Assembly: GCA_040007995.1 (NCBI GenBank)
Contig: JBDTUA010000001.1
Location: 19,794-83,793, forward strand
Length of the DNA: 64,000 nucleotides
Origin: Gemmatimonadota bacterium
GTDB taxonomy: Bacteria; Gemmatimonadota; Gemmatimonadetes; Gemmatimonadales; Gemmatimonadaceae
Direction: 5' to 3'
The notes under the pieces were generated by a model. That model had not been told where the DNA came from. It did no database searches and saw only the letters and a list, made by a program, of their open reading frames with translations. This document shows positions 45,419-55,821 of the stretch, in pieces. How positions within the stretch are numbered: position 1 is the first letter of the stretch; each line of letters starts with the position of its first letter. The translations under genes and the position numbers were made by a program.

Positions 45419-47227
45419 CTACCGGAGACCGATCCGTCGACGCAGCAGCCACTCCGCACAAAGGGAGAGCAGCGCGATCGTGAAGAGCCACGACATCTCC
45501 CGGGCACGCGGCGCTTCCCCAAGTGTCACGCCATTCCCGAGTGCCCCTTCGCGCACCGTGCGCCGGCGCGGAAGCAACTCGGCCGAGGGATTCACGACGA
45601 GGAGGGAGACGCCGCCGGCCGTCTGCACGTCATACACGCCGGGCACCGGCGCGGGCGTCGAGGTGGAGTTGTTCCCGGCGCCGAATCGCAGGACGAGCGA
45701 GTCGCGCGTCCCCCCGCCGCGCCTAACGACCGACGCGCGGACGACGCTGTCGCGGCCGACGCCGCGGCGCCAATGCACGGCGTCACCCGCGCGAACCGCG
45801 GCGGCCACCGGGTATGCCGCGCGCGCATCGGCGCGGTCGCCTGCGAGCCAATCGAGGATGCTCCCCCAGACGGCAGTGAAGGCATCGCTTCCTACCCCAC
45901 CGCGAAAGCGCCATCGCCAGAATCCCGACGCTGCGGCGACCACGACACGGCGGGGCTGCTCCCAGCCGACAATCGCCACGCGCTGGTCAAGACGTCGCGA
46001 GCGGCGCGTCTCGAGGATCGAGAATTCCGCGTTGCTCGGGAGCGTCGCGCTCACGTCGAGCGGCGGCAGCGAGTCCCACGCCGTGCCACTGAGCGGCGTG
46101 CTGACCGGCGAAAGCGGCGCGCCAGTGGCGAACCATTCGCCCTGTGACGTCTGCGGCGGCGCAATGAGCGCAAGTGCACCGCGCGTGACCTGTCGCGGTG
46201 CCCCAAAGAGCGCCGTATCACCATGAAGGACGACGATCGGTGACTCGCGGACGGCGCGTCGCACGACGTCCTCGCTCACCGGACGCAGCGTCACGTCCTC
46301 GCGCCACTGTCCCGGCGCGACGCGAAAATAAGCGCGCGTCGGAAGCATGACCGTTCCGCGAAGCAGCGCGGCCAGTTCTCGCGAGTCGAGGTCGGGGGAC
46401 GTCGACACCAGCACCGCCGCAGCGCCCGCAGTCAGCTCGAGCACCGCGGCCGCCGAATTGTTCTCCGGCTCGGTGTCGTCGGCCGTCTTCACGCTGGCGC
46501 GAAGCTCGCTCGGCGCGCTCCCCGAGGGAGCCACGAATTTGAGCGTGACCGTCCGCTCCCCGTCGGCAGGGAGCGCGTCGAAGGGAACGCGCGCGACTGA
46601 TCGTCCCGCGAGCTCGAGCTCGAGCGTCCCGGTGGACGCCCCCCCTTCTCCAGCACCGACGGTCACCCGAACGTCGACGGTATCGCCGGCGGCGGCCACC
46701 CGCGGGGCGCTGACGTCAAGAATGGCAGCATCGCGTGTCGTAGCCGCGCCACTGAGTACTACGCGCGACCCGGCGGGAAGCGACTGCAGCGCCTCCGGGT
46801 CGTCGATCTCACCGTCGGTGTACAGCACGAGCGGGCGACCAGCCGCCATCGCTCGCTCCGCCGCCGGCCGCACCCGTGATGCGCGGTCCATATCGGTTAC
46901 CGATGTGTTGGCCAGTCGAAGCGAGTCGCCGAAGACGAAGAGTGAATCGCCTGCGTCCTTGCGCGCGGCGGCACGCGCCGCGGCACGTGCCGAGACAAAG
47001 GCCGAGGAGTCACGACCACGTCCCCACGACGCCGACGCGTCGAGCGCGACGAGCGGACTCGGCACGCGCCGCGCGCCGAGCACGGCGTTCAGGGCCAACG
47101 CCACCAGACTGGTAACCGACAAGGCACGGAGCGCGGCGGTGAAGATGCGACCAGGTGCGCGCGCACGCGCATACGACGCCAGTGCGCTCGCAATGCCGGC
47201 GGTGAGAGCGATGAGCCAGGAGATCAT
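45419..47227 (-). CDS. Hypothetical membrane protein (N-terminal double-TM, large extracytoplasmic region, C-terminal TM anchor)
   Basis: MISWLIALTAGIASALASY...LSVTSLVALALNAVLG at the N-terminus and ...WLFTIALLSLCAEWLLRRR at the C-terminus. It looks Bat/aerotolerance-like, but I cannot confirm that. Confidence 0.5.
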   Translation of the reverse strand: MISWLIALTAGIASALASYARARAPGRIFTAALRALSVTSLVALALNAVLGARRVPSPLVALDASASWGRGRDSSAFVSARAAARAAARKDAGDSLFVFGDSLRLANTSVTDMDRASRVRPAAERAMAAGRPLVLYTDGEIDDPEALQSLPAGSRVVLSGAATTRDAAILDVSAPRVAAAGDTVDVRVTVGAGEGGASTGTLELELAGRSVARVPFDALPADGERTVTLKFVAPSGSAPSELRASVKTADDTEPENNSAAAVLELTAGAAAVLVSTSPDLDSRELAALLRGTVMLPTRAYFRVAPGQWREDVTLRPVSEDVVRRAVRESPIVVLHGDTALFGAPRQVTRGALALIAPPQTSQGEWFATGAPLSPVSTPLSGTAWDSLPPLDVSATLPSNAEFSILETRRSRRLDQRVAIVGWEQPRRVVVAAASGFWRWRFRGGVGSDAFTAVWGSILDWLAGDRADARAAYPVAAAVRAGDAVHWRRGVGRDSVVRASVVRRGGGTRDSLVLRFGAGNNSTSTPAPVPGVYDVQTAGGVSLLVVNPSAELLPRRRTVREGALGNGVTLGEAPRAREMSWLFTIALLSLCAEWLLRRRIGLR

Positions 47228-47270
47228 GTGTCGAATCTACGCCCAGCCACGTGCAGGCGCTGCAGACTCG

Positions 47271-48515
47271 TCAGTTGGAGTCGGCAACCTGTGTTGAAGC
47301 GCGTTGGAGGAGGGCGAGTAGTTCGTCGCGCGTCCGCTCGAAGGCGGGACGATCGGCTGACGCGAGGGGTTCGCCGGCGACGCTCGCCAGTGCCGTCCGC
47401 GGGTCGCGCTGCTTGCCGCCAACGAGCATCTCGAAATGAAGGTGCGGTGCGGTGGCGAGTCCCGTCATTCCTACGAGCCCGATGGTCTGGCCGATCGAGA
47501 CGCGCGTACCGCTGCGCACTCCGCGTGCGAACGCCCGCAGGTGACCGTAGCGGGAGACGAAACCGTTGGCGTGCCGCACGTCCACCACGTTGCCGTAGCC
47601 GTTCATGCGCCCCGCACGTACCACGATGCCATCACCGATGCTCCGCACGGGCGTTCCCGACGATGCGGCGTAGTCGGTGCCGCGATGCGCGCGCCAGATC
47701 CCGAGGATGGGATGGCGGCGCAGGCCGAAGCCCGAGGAGATCCGCCGGAATTCGAGCGGCGCCCGTAGGAAGGCTGACCGCAGCGACTTGCCGCCGTCGT
47801 CGTAGTAACGTGCGCGATTGTCACCCGTCTCGAAACGAATCGCCTCGATAGAGGCGGCGCCTGACGAGTAGTTGGTTGCGAGGACTCGTCCGATGCGCAC
47901 GGTGCCCTCAGGTCCTTGCTTCCGCTCGAAGAGGACGCGGAACTCGTCACCCGGCTGCAGGTCGCGGCTCATGTCGATGCGGTATTCGAAGATGTCGGCG
48001 ACGTTCCAGGCCAGTTCGGCGCGGGCCGACGCCGGGAGCGTAGAGGCGCCGGCGTCGAAGGCGTCGTAGAGCGTGCGGGCAATCTCGCCGCGCACGACGA
48101 GGGTATCGGTCTTCCACGGCAGCCGCTCTTCGCGCCCGACCCAACCGCTGTCGGTCTTCGTCAGGTGCAAGAGGCGATCGATCGCGAGCCGAAAGCTGAT
48201 GCGACTGGGCGTTCCCCCGATCGGCCCTGCAAGGGTAATGCGCATGCCGGCAGGAAGTCGCTTGGGGTCAAGCGCCGTCGCGGCTTGCAGGGCGTTGGTC
48301 GCCTCCTGCTGCGAGAGCCCGCCGCGGGACAGGACGCCGCCTACGGTCTCGCCACGCCGCAGCGAATCCACGCGCTCATTCCAGGTGGGGACGCGCTCCC
48401 CGGTGATCACCGCACCAGGCCGGCGCTCGGGAATCGGGCGCATGACCGCGATGGCGCCCCAGGCAAGGAGCGCCACCACGACGTAGAGCCCGGCCCGCGC
48501 GCGCCAGCCGCTCAA
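47271..48515 (-). CDS. M23-family (LytM) peptidoglycan endopeptidase
   Basis: [22 protein letters not shown]...[21 protein letters not shown]...[14 protein letters not shown] are the M23 zinc motifs. The TTG start at 48515 forms a TTGA overlap with the ftsZ stop. Confidence 0.85.
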   Translation of the reverse strand: MSGWRARAGLYVVVALLAWGAIAVMRPIPERRPGAVITGERVPTWNERVDSLRRGETVGGVLSRGGLSQQEATNALQAATALDPKRLPAGMRITLAGPIGGTPSRISFRLAIDRLLHLTKTDSGWVGREERLPWKTDTLVVRGEIARTLYDAFDAGASTLPASARAELAWNVADIFEYRIDMSRDLQPGDEFRVLFERKQGPEGTVRIGRVLATNYSSGAASIEAIRFETGDNRARYYDDGGKSLRSAFLRAPLEFRRISSGFGLRRHPILGIWRAHRGTDYAASSGTPVRSIGDGIVVRAGRMNGYGNVVDVRHANGFVSRYGHLRAFARGVRSGTRVSIGQTIGLVGMTGLATAPHLHFEMLVGGKQRDPRTALASVAGEPLASADRPAFERTRDELLALLQRASTQVADSN

Positions 48516-49819
48516 TCCATCTGCCTCCGAATAAACGTCGGGATGTCCATCTCGTCGATCTCTTCCTGTCCCTTGTTCGTCGGCGGGGCGAACCGCCGGC
48601 TGGTGTCGTTAGGTGCGACGGTGCGCATGCCGTTCCCCCCCTGCACGCTACGCACCGCGCTCCCCGGCCGTTGCGTGATCGGGATGACGTTGGGCTGCGA
48701 CACTGGCGGTGCGGTCACCGGCGTCGGCTTTGCCGCCGGGCTGGGCCGTCCTGCTGGGGTCGCCCCCGTGCCGGCCGCGCTCATCGGCTCGTGGTGCGCG
48801 GCCCCACGATCGCGGTTGACCGAGAACGTACTGGTGGACGGGATCGCCGCCTGGCCGAGCGCCTTGTCGAAGCCCGTCGCGATCACGGTCACCCGGATCT
48901 CACCCTGCATGGCCGGCTCGCACACGGCGCCGAAAATGATCTCGGCGTCGTCCCCGGCCGCGTCGTGCACGATGTCCGAAATCTGTGTCACTTCGCCCAG
49001 CGTCAGGTCGCCGCCACCGGTGATGTTCAGGAGGACTCCCGTCGAGCCACCGATCGAGATGTTGTCGAGCAGGGGCGAGGAGATCGCCTGCTGCGCGGCC
49101 TCCATTGCCCGGTTCTCGCCACGTCCGATGCCGGTGCCCATCAGCGCGGACCCCCCGTTCTCCATCACGGTACGCACGTCGGCGAAGTCGACATTCACCA
49201 GCCCCATCTTGGAGATCAGCGTCGAGATTCCCTGCGTGGCGTGCAGCAGCACCTCGTCGGCCTTCTTGAGCGCGTCCTGAAACGGGATGCCCTTTCCGAC
49301 GACCGCGAGCAGTCGTTCGTTAGGCACGATGATCATCGTGTCGACATGCTTGCGCATCTCGGCGATGCCGGCGTCGGCCTGACGCATGCGCTTCCGTCCC
49401 TCGAAGAGGAACGGCTTCGTCACGATCCCGACGGTGAGCGCTCCGGCCTCCTTCGCCAGCTCGGCGACGATCGGTGCCGCACCTGTCCCTGTGCCGCCAC
49501 CCATGCCGCACGTCACGAAGACGAGGTCCGCGCTCTGCAGCACGCGCCCGACCTCGTCGCGATTCTCCTCGATCGCCTGGCGTCCGATGTCGGGGCGCGC
49601 CCCGGCGCCGAGCCCGCGCGTCAGCTTCTTCCCGATCTGGATCTTCACGTCGGACTTCGAGGCGAGCAATGCCTGCGAGTCCGTGTTGATGGAGATGAAC
49701 TCAATGCTCTCGAGCTGCTCCTCGATCATCCGGTTCACGGCGTTGCCGCCGCCACCGCCGACGCCCACGACCTTCATCCGGGCGTTCTGTGACGCGTTCT
49801 CCTCGAATTCGAACATCAT
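48512..49819 (-). CDS. ftsZ: Cell division GTPase FtsZ
   Basis: [29 protein letters not shown] and the C-terminal DIPTFIRRQ peptide. Confidence 0.97.
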   Translation of the reverse strand: MMFEFEENASQNARMKVVGVGGGGGNAVNRMIEEQLESIEFISINTDSQALLASKSDVKIQIGKKLTRGLGAGARPDIGRQAIEENRDEVGRVLQSADLVFVTCGMGGGTGTGAAPIVAELAKEAGALTVGIVTKPFLFEGRKRMRQADAGIAEMRKHVDTMIIVPNERLLAVVGKGIPFQDALKKADEVLLHATQGISTLISKMGLVNVDFADVRTVMENGGSALMGTGIGRGENRAMEAAQQAISSPLLDNISIGGSTGVLLNITGGGDLTLGEVTQISDIVHDAAGDDAEIIFGAVCEPAMQGEIRVTVIATGFDKALGQAAIPSTSTFSVNRDRGAAHHEPMSAAGTGATPAGRPSPAAKPTPVTAPPVSQPNVIPITQRPGSAVRSVQGGNGMRTVAPNDTSRRFAPPTNKGQEEIDEMDIPTFIRRQMD

Positions 49820-50063
49820 GGCGGGCGCAGCTCCTCTCGTGGCGAGGCAGATCCAAGCAGGAAACGGGGACGAGTCGCGGAATCGACGCGGCGCGACTGC
49901 AGAACGTCACACCGCGGAGCCCATCGAATTGCGGTCGAATATAACGCCTTTGTGCGAACAGGCTACGTGTGACCCAAAGCAAAGTTCTGCGCCGCGTTCG
50001 CGTCGCGAGAGCGACCAATGTTTCTCCACATTTGCTAGGAGAAGATCATCTTTGTAACAAGAC

Positions 50064-50091
50064 GGGCGGCGTCCCATTCCGGTCGCCGCCC
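50064..50091 (-). terminator. Possible attenuating hairpin downstream of ftsA
   Basis: Minus-strand GGGCGGCG-N12-CGCCGCCC (8-bp GC stem), followed by GUCUUGUUAC. It lies 53 nt after the ftsA stop, inside the 324-bp ftsA-ftsZ spacer. Confidence 0.4.
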
Positions 50092-50143
50092 GCTGCACCC
50101 TAACGATGTGTCGCGCCGCACGGCGCCAGCACGGTGAGTAGGA

Positions 50144-51403
50144 TCAGAAGAAGTCCTGCAGCCACGCCTTCACCTTCTGTGTCAGCTTATCCACATTAGG
50201 GGCATTGAACTGCATCCGCTTGCCACTCGGCGTCTCGCGCCCTAACGCGACCCGGCTCGCGGCATACAGTGCGAGCCCGACCGCCGTCGCGAACCGGGGG
50301 GCATCCACCGCGTCGACAAGGCCGCTGATGTTCTCAGACGGTACGCCGACCCGCACTCCCGTGCCGAATACTTCCGCCGCCAGCTCCGCCACGCCCGGCA
50401 GTGTCGCCGCGCCGCCCGTCAGCACCACGCCCGCGCTGAGCTTCCCTGCGTACCCGGCGGCATCGATATCCCGCATCACCAGGTCGTAGATCTCGTCGGT
50501 CCGCTGATGGATGATGTGAGCCAGCAGCTCACGGGGAATCTGTCGGTCCCCCTGCGCCACGGTGCTCGGCAGCGTAATCACTTCCGACGGGTCGACCATC
50601 GGCTCGTACGCACAGCCGTAACGCTCCTTCAGCCGCTCGGCGTCCGCCTGTGTCACCCCGAGTCCATGTACGAGGTCGTTGGTGACGTTGTTGCCACCGA
50701 AGGGCACCGTGCCCAGGTGACGGATCTTCGCTTCGTGGAAGACAGCGATGTCGGTCGTCCCGGCGCCCATCTCGATCAGCGCGACGCCTAGCTCCTTTTC
50801 GTCCTCCGTCAGCACGGCCAGCGCGCTGGCGAGCGGCTCAAGGACCAGCTGCAGCGGCTTGTAGCCCGCCTTCTCGACCGCCTTACGCAGGTTGAGCGAC
50901 GGCGAGCTGCCGATCGTCACCAGGTACATCTCGGTCTCCAGCCGAGTTCCCACCATCCCGACGGGATCGCGAATCCCCTCGTTCTTGTCGACGGTGTACT
51001 CCTGCGGGATGGCGTGCAGCAGCTCACGTTCGGGGGGCATCGCCTGCGCCCGGGCGACCGCATTGGCGCGCTCGACGTCGCTGCGCGAGATCTCGTCACC
51101 GCTGACAGCGACGATCCCCTTCGAGATCATGGCCTGCACATGCTCGCCGGCGATCCCGACGTAACAGGCATCCACCTTCACCCCGGCCATCTGCTCCGCG
51201 TCGCTCACCGCCTTGCGGATCGACTGGGTGGTCTCCTCGATATCCGCCACGACGCCGCGCCGCAGGCCGGTGGTGCGTGCCTGACCGACCCCGAGCACCT
51301 TGATACCAGGATGGCGGGGGAGATCACCGACGACCTCGGCGATGATGGCCGTCGTCTTGGCGGATCCGATGTCGAGTCCGGCGACCAAGCGTTCAACGTT
51401 CAT
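50144..51403 (-). CDS. ftsA: Cell division protein FtsA
   Basis: An actin-fold protein with VAGLDIGSAKTTAIIAE, GAGTTDIAVF and VLTGGAATLPGV, plus a C-terminal amphipathic helix KLTQKVKAWLQDFF. Confidence 0.95.
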   Translation of the reverse strand: MNVERLVAGLDIGSAKTTAIIAEVVGDLPRHPGIKVLGVGQARTTGLRRGVVADIEETTQSIRKAVSDAEQMAGVKVDACYVGIAGEHVQAMISKGIVAVSGDEISRSDVERANAVARAQAMPPERELLHAIPQEYTVDKNEGIRDPVGMVGTRLETEMYLVTIGSSPSLNLRKAVEKAGYKPLQLVLEPLASALAVLTEDEKELGVALIEMGAGTTDIAVFHEAKIRHLGTVPFGGNNVTNDLVHGLGVTQADAERLKERYGCAYEPMVDPSEVITLPSTVAQGDRQIPRELLAHIIHQRTDEIYDLVMRDIDAAGYAGKLSAGVVLTGGAATLPGVAELAAEVFGTGVRVGVPSENISGLVDAVDAPRFATAVGLALYAASRVALGRETPSGKRMQFNAPNVDKLTQKVKAWLQDFF

Positions 51404-52125
51404 GGAAGGCGGGCGATGACGAGGTCCTTGTAGCGCAAGTCGAGCTCCACTGGTCGAAGGTGACGCTTCGCGAGATCGGCCTCGACGGAAGATAGCTGCA
51501 GAAAGCGATCGGCGCGCATGTCGATCATCGCGCGGACCGAAACGTCCATGAGTTGCAGCATCACCTCATTCTTCGCGATGCGGCGCGCTTCACTCACGCG
51601 GGCGTAGTATTCGGGCATCTCCGCCTTGATGTCGCCCAGGAGGCGAAAGAGCGCGGTATCGGGACGCGGGACAATCGGCAGGTCGACACCCCACCGCGCG
51701 GGATCGAGAGGAAGGACGCGGCCGCTGTCGTCGTACGCCTTGAATCCCCCAGCCGCCGGGACGAGGGCTATGGGAAGATTCTCATCGACGATGACGACCA
51801 GGGTGCTCGGCAGCCGGCGCGACAGGCGCGCGCGATGGACCTGCGGGTGTCCCTCGGCGCGAATCTCCAGCGAGTCGAGCGCGTTCCAGATCGAGTACGT
51901 CGTGCCCAGCCGCAGCCGAGCGGCGATGTCCGACGAGCGCGCGAAGCGCGTGCCGCGCACCTCGACTTGCTGCACCCTAAAGAAGGCCAGATCGTGCCCC
52001 CACCAAGGCACCGTGACGATCCCGATGAGGAGAAGCACGATGCCCGCCGCATACCAGCGCAGGCGACGGCGCGAGTGGCCGGTGGCGCCCACGACGACCG
52101 GATCGGGGGTACGAGGCCCGGTCAC
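51400..52125 (-). CDS. ftsQ: Cell division protein FtsQ (POTRA domain)
   Basis: A single TM helix (WYAAGIVLLLIGIVTV) is followed by a POTRA-like FRVQQVEVRGTRF... Position between murC and ftsA, with ATGA overlaps on both sides. Confidence 0.8.
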   Translation of the reverse strand: MTGPRTPDPVVVGATGHSRRRLRWYAAGIVLLLIGIVTVPWWGHDLAFFRVQQVEVRGTRFARSSDIAARLRLGTTYSIWNALDSLEIRAEGHPQVHRARLSRRLPSTLVVIVDENLPIALVPAAGGFKAYDDSGRVLPLDPARWGVDLPIVPRPDTALFRLLGDIKAEMPEYYARVSEARRIAKNEVMLQLMDVSVRAMIDMRADRFLQLSSVEADLAKRHLRPVELDLRYKDLVIARLP

Positions 52126-53537
52126 GCCGCCCCTCCCGTCGCGAGCAGCGCAAGCAACTCCGGTCCGGTGCGGGTGATGTCGCCGGCCCCCATGGTAAGC
52201 ACGACGTCGCCCTCCCGCACGAACTCCGCGAGAGCTTCGGCTACGGCGTCACGCGTTCCCGTCCATGCGATCGTGCTTCCCGCTCGCAGCATGCGATCGG
52301 CAATCAGCGCCGAGGAGACACCAGCGATCGGCTGCTCGCGTGACGGATAGAGTGCGGTCAGGAAGAGCGCGTCGCCCGCCGCCAGCGCGTCGGCGAAGCC
52401 GTCGGCGAAGTCGCGCGTGCGCGAATACAGATGTGGCTGGAACGCCACCACGATCCGACGACCAGGGTAGGCTTCGCGAGCGGCCGAGATGGTGGCCGCG
52501 ACCTCGGTGGGATGATGCGCGTAGTCGTCTACGACATCGACTCCGGCCGCCTGGCCGAGCCGCTGGAAGCGCCGCTCGACGCCGTGAAAACCCTCCAGGC
52601 CGGGTCGCAAGCGTTCGAACGTCGCGCCTAACGCAAGACCGCACGCGAGCGCTGCGAGAGCATTCCGCACGTTGTGAAGACCCGGGACTCGCAGCGCAAG
52701 CTCGCCCAGCGCCTCGCCGTCGAATCGCACCGCCACGGCGGTGCGCCCATCGCCGTGGGACGTGGGCGTGCCGACAAGTCGCGCGTCGGCCGAGTCGATG
52801 CCGTATCGGATGACCTTAGCGCCCGTCGCGACGTGGAGCGACGCCGCGCCCGCGTCGTCGGCACAGAGGACAATCGTGCGCGCGGGGGCGAGAAAGGCGG
52901 CGAAGGTATTCCGGATGTCCTCGAGGTCGCGATAGATGTCGAGGTGATCCGCCTCGACGTTCGTGACCACGGCGATCGTCGGGGTAAGCGCGAGGAAGGA
53001 TCGATCGTACTCGTCTGCCTCGACGACGAAGAGGCGATCGCCGTCGTAGCGCAAGTTTGCCCCCCACTGGCCGACCCGGCCCCCGACGACCCCCGTCGGG
53101 TGCAATCCCGCCGACGACAGCGCCTCGGTGGTCATGACGGTCGTGGTGGTCTTGCCGTGAGTACCGGCAACCGCGATGAGCGTTCCGCCGCTGACCGCCT
53201 CGCCTAACGCCTCGGCGCGCCTTACGACGGGCAGGCCCCCCGCCCGTGCGGCCGCGAGCTCCGGAAGGTCGCGCGGCACCGCAGACGACACCACGACTGC
53301 CCGGGCGTCCGCGACGTGACGCGCCGCGTGCCCCTCCTCGAGCGCCACACCGAGCGCCTGCAGGTCGCCCGCATCGCCAAGGGCGGCATCACACCCCGTG
53401 ACCGCCACGCCGCGCCGCACGACGAGCTCGGCGAGCGCGCGCATGCCGGCGCCGGCAATGCCGACGAAGTGAACCGGCCGCGGGTCGGTGGCGTCGAGAA
53501 GTGACATCGTCAGTCTAAATCTAGCGGCGCGCGACAA
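52122..53537 (-). CDS. murC: UDP-N-acetylmuramate--L-alanine ligase
   Basis: HFVGIAGAGMRALAE, VAGTHGKTTTT and Mur ligase middle and C-terminal domains. An alternative start at 53507 is possible. Confidence 0.95.
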   Translation of the reverse strand: MSRAARFRLTMSLLDATDPRPVHFVGIAGAGMRALAELVVRRGVAVTGCDAALGDAGDLQALGVALEEGHAARHVADARAVVVSSAVPRDLPELAAARAGGLPVVRRAEALGEAVSGGTLIAVAGTHGKTTTTVMTTEALSSAGLHPTGVVGGRVGQWGANLRYDGDRLFVVEADEYDRSFLALTPTIAVVTNVEADHLDIYRDLEDIRNTFAAFLAPARTIVLCADDAGAASLHVATGAKVIRYGIDSADARLVGTPTSHGDGRTAVAVRFDGEALGELALRVPGLHNVRNALAALACGLALGATFERLRPGLEGFHGVERRFQRLGQAAGVDVVDDYAHHPTEVAATISAAREAYPGRRIVVAFQPHLYSRTRDFADGFADALAAGDALFLTALYPSREQPIAGVSSALIADRMLRAGSTIAWTGTRDAVAEALAEFVREGDVVLTMGAGDITRTGPELLALLATGGAA

Positions 53538-53543
53538 GCGCCG

Positions 53544-54653
53544 TCACGACGATTCGACCGTTCGATCCAACAGCGCAACGAGACGCGACGCAATGACCGC
53601 CGAGGCTTCGGGTCGTCCCCGCGCCATCGCCGCCGCCGACCACGCGGCGCGCAGCGACGGATCGCGCGCGACCTCGGCCACGACCTGCGCGAGGTGCGTC
53701 GGTGTGGCGTCGCGCTGCGGCATCCAGCGCGCAGCTCCCACGTGCTCGAGCGCACGCGCATTCGCCGTTTGATGATCGGCCGCCGCTGTGGGTAGCGGCA
53801 CCAGGAACATGGGAATGCCCCACGCACACAGTTCGGCCGTGGTCATCGCGCCAGCCCGGGCGATTGCCAGGTCGGCCACCGCATAGGCATCCACTATCGG
53901 GGAGAGGTAGGGACGCACGATGATGCACCCCGACGCACGCGAGGCGTGGCGCGTGAAGTGATCGCGCCCCGTCCCCCAGATCACCCCCACCCCCGGCGGG
54001 AGCCCGTGTGCGACCCAACCGTCCACGAGCGCGTTCAGCGCCGCCGATCCCTGGCTCCCGCCAAACGCCAGCACGACAAGTCGCACCGAGGAATCGAACT
54101 CCCAAACTCTGCGTAGCACTTCCCGGTCCGGCCGAATCGCGGGCGGGGGCTCAATCGGGTTTCCGGTGTCGACGACCCGCCCGCGGACGCTCGCCGGCAG
54201 TCGCTCGGCCGCCTCGGGAAAGCCGAGATACACCTCGCGCGCCGAACGGGAGAAGAGCGCGACCGTCCGGCCCGGAAAAGAGTTCTGCTCCTGCAGCACG
54301 TAGGGAAGCGATCGGGCTGCCGCAAATGCGAGCGCTCCCGAGGCCGCGTAGCCGCCGGTCGCCACCACGAGGCGCGGCGCTTCTTCCTCCGCCAGCGCGG
54401 AGAGGCGGCGCCAGGCCTTGGCCAGCCCGACTAGCGTACGCCAGTTTCGCCAAGGCGCGCTCCGATAGATTGGATGGAGGTCGAGCAGCGTATGGGGAAA
54501 TTCGGTATCGGGGAGGATCACGCGTTCGATACCGCGCGCCGCGCCAACGAAATGCGGTCGCACCTCAGGCCGTACCCGCACCAGCGCGCGCGCAATCGCG
54601 AGCGCCGGGTACAGGTGCCCGCCCGTCCCACCTCCGGTGAAGAGGACGCGCAT
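53544..54653 (-). CDS. murG: UDP-N-acetylglucosamine--N-acetylmuramyl-(pentapeptide) pyrophosphoryl-undecaprenol N-acetylglucosamine transferase
   Basis: MRVLFTGGGTGGHLYPALAIA..., ...GGSQGSAALN and ...RAGAMTTAELCAWGIPMFLVP. Confidence 0.95.
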   Translation of the reverse strand: MRVLFTGGGTGGHLYPALAIARALVRVRPEVRPHFVGAARGIERVILPDTEFPHTLLDLHPIYRSAPWRNWRTLVGLAKAWRRLSALAEEEAPRLVVATGGYAASGALAFAAARSLPYVLQEQNSFPGRTVALFSRSAREVYLGFPEAAERLPASVRGRVVDTGNPIEPPPAIRPDREVLRRVWEFDSSVRLVVLAFGGSQGSAALNALVDGWVAHGLPPGVGVIWGTGRDHFTRHASRASGCIIVRPYLSPIVDAYAVADLAIARAGAMTTAELCAWGIPMFLVPLPTAAADHQTANARALEHVGAARWMPQRDATPTHLAQVVAEVARDPSLRAAWSAAAMARGRPEASAVIASRLVALLDRTVESS

Positions 54654-54663
54654 GCCGATCCCC

Positions 54664-55821
54664 CTAACCGGGGTCAGTGGCCGCGGCGCCGAGGGCCCGC
54701 TCCCTGCTGCTTCCGATGTTCACGAGGATACCGGTCAGCACGAAGCTCAGGACGAGGTTGGAGCGACCGAAGGAGATGAACGGGAGCGTAAGTCCGGTAG
54801 TCGGGAGGAGTCCGATAACCACCCCGATATGCAGGTACGCGGTGATCGACATCGTGCAGGTGACACCGATAGCGACCAACTGGAGAAAGCGAGAGCGCGC
54901 CTGCTTTGCGATGCGGAAGCCGAGCCACGTGTAGAGTGCGTACACCAGCACGATCATCGTCATGCCGAGGAAGCCCCATTCTTCGCCGATGTTGCTGCCG
55001 ATGAAGTCGTTGTATCCGAAGGGGATCCACCCGTACTGCTGCAGCCCCTGACTGAACCCCTTTCCGGTCACGCCACCGGAGCCGACGGCGATCAGCGACT
55101 GTCGCAACTGGAAGTTGATCGTCTCGGGCGCATCGCCCGACCCCATGAACGAAAGCAGGCGTGACATGGCGTACTGCCGCTTCGCCACCTCGTGCCACAG
55201 AAGCGGCGCGGCAAGGATGCCAAGGAGGATGAAGTGCCCGATGCGCACGTCGGCCGAGAAGAGGATAATTCCCATCAGCAGCGTGTAGAGCATCGCCACC
55301 GAGAGGTCGGGCTGGAAGAAGGCAATCACGTCGAGGATCCCGACCACCACCAGGAACGGCAACAGTCCCTTCGTGAGCCGGCGCATCTGCTCACCCTTCT
55401 TGAGGACGAGCATCGCCGTCCAGACGATCACCGCGAGCTTACCGAACTCCGATGGCTGCACCGACGCTCCGAAGATGAAACGTCGCGATCCGTTGACGGA
55501 TGGCGCGATCGAGTGGGTGAACGGCAGAACGGTGATGAGCATCAGCACGATCGTGACGATCATCAACGGCCACGCGAGCTTCTCGTAGCGGGCCGCGTCG
55601 AACTTGGCTGCGACGGCGAACCCGACGATTCCGACCCCGACACCCACCAGCTGCTTCAGGAAGTAGTACGTGGAGTTGTGGTTCGCCTGCATGGCCACGA
55701 AGGCACTCGCGCTATAGAGGGTGGCCAACCCGAACGCCGTCAGCACCATCGCGACAAGGACGAGCGCCCGTCCCTCGGCGCTCACGGACCAGCGTTCGCG
55801 CTCCCGGTCGGGATCGTGCAT
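54664..55821 (-). CDS. ftsW: Peptidoglycan glycosyltransferase FtsW (SEDS family)
   Basis: A polytopic SEDS pattern (QPSEFGKLAVIVW, PDLSVAML, LPTTGLTLPFISFG). The start MHDPDRE (55821) shares one base with the murD stop. Confidence 0.9.
   Translation of the reverse strand: MHDPDRERERWSVSAEGRALVLVAMVLTAFGLATLYSASAFVAMQANHNSTYYFLKQLVGVGVGIVGFAVAAKFDAARYEKLAWPLMIVTIVLMLITVLPFTHSIAPSVNGSRRFIFGASVQPSEFGKLAVIVWTAMLVLKKGEQMRRLTKGLLPFLVVVGILDVIAFFQPDLSVAMLYTLLMGIILFSADVRIGHFILLGILAAPLLWHEVAKRQYAMSRLLSFMGSGDAPETINFQLRQSLIAVGSGGVTGKGFSQGLQQYGWIPFGYNDFIGSNIGEEWGFLGMTMIVLVYALYTWLGFRIAKQARSRFLQLVAIGVTCTMSITAYLHIGVVIGLLPTTGLTLPFISFGRSNLVLSFVLTGILVNIGSSRERALGAAATDPG

Noticed and set aside
49907-50098. 63-aa minus-strand ORF inside the ftsA-ftsZ spacer.
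   Set aside because: It has no SD and no family resemblance, and it spans the hairpin and the AT-richer promoter-like segment. It is more likely non-coding.
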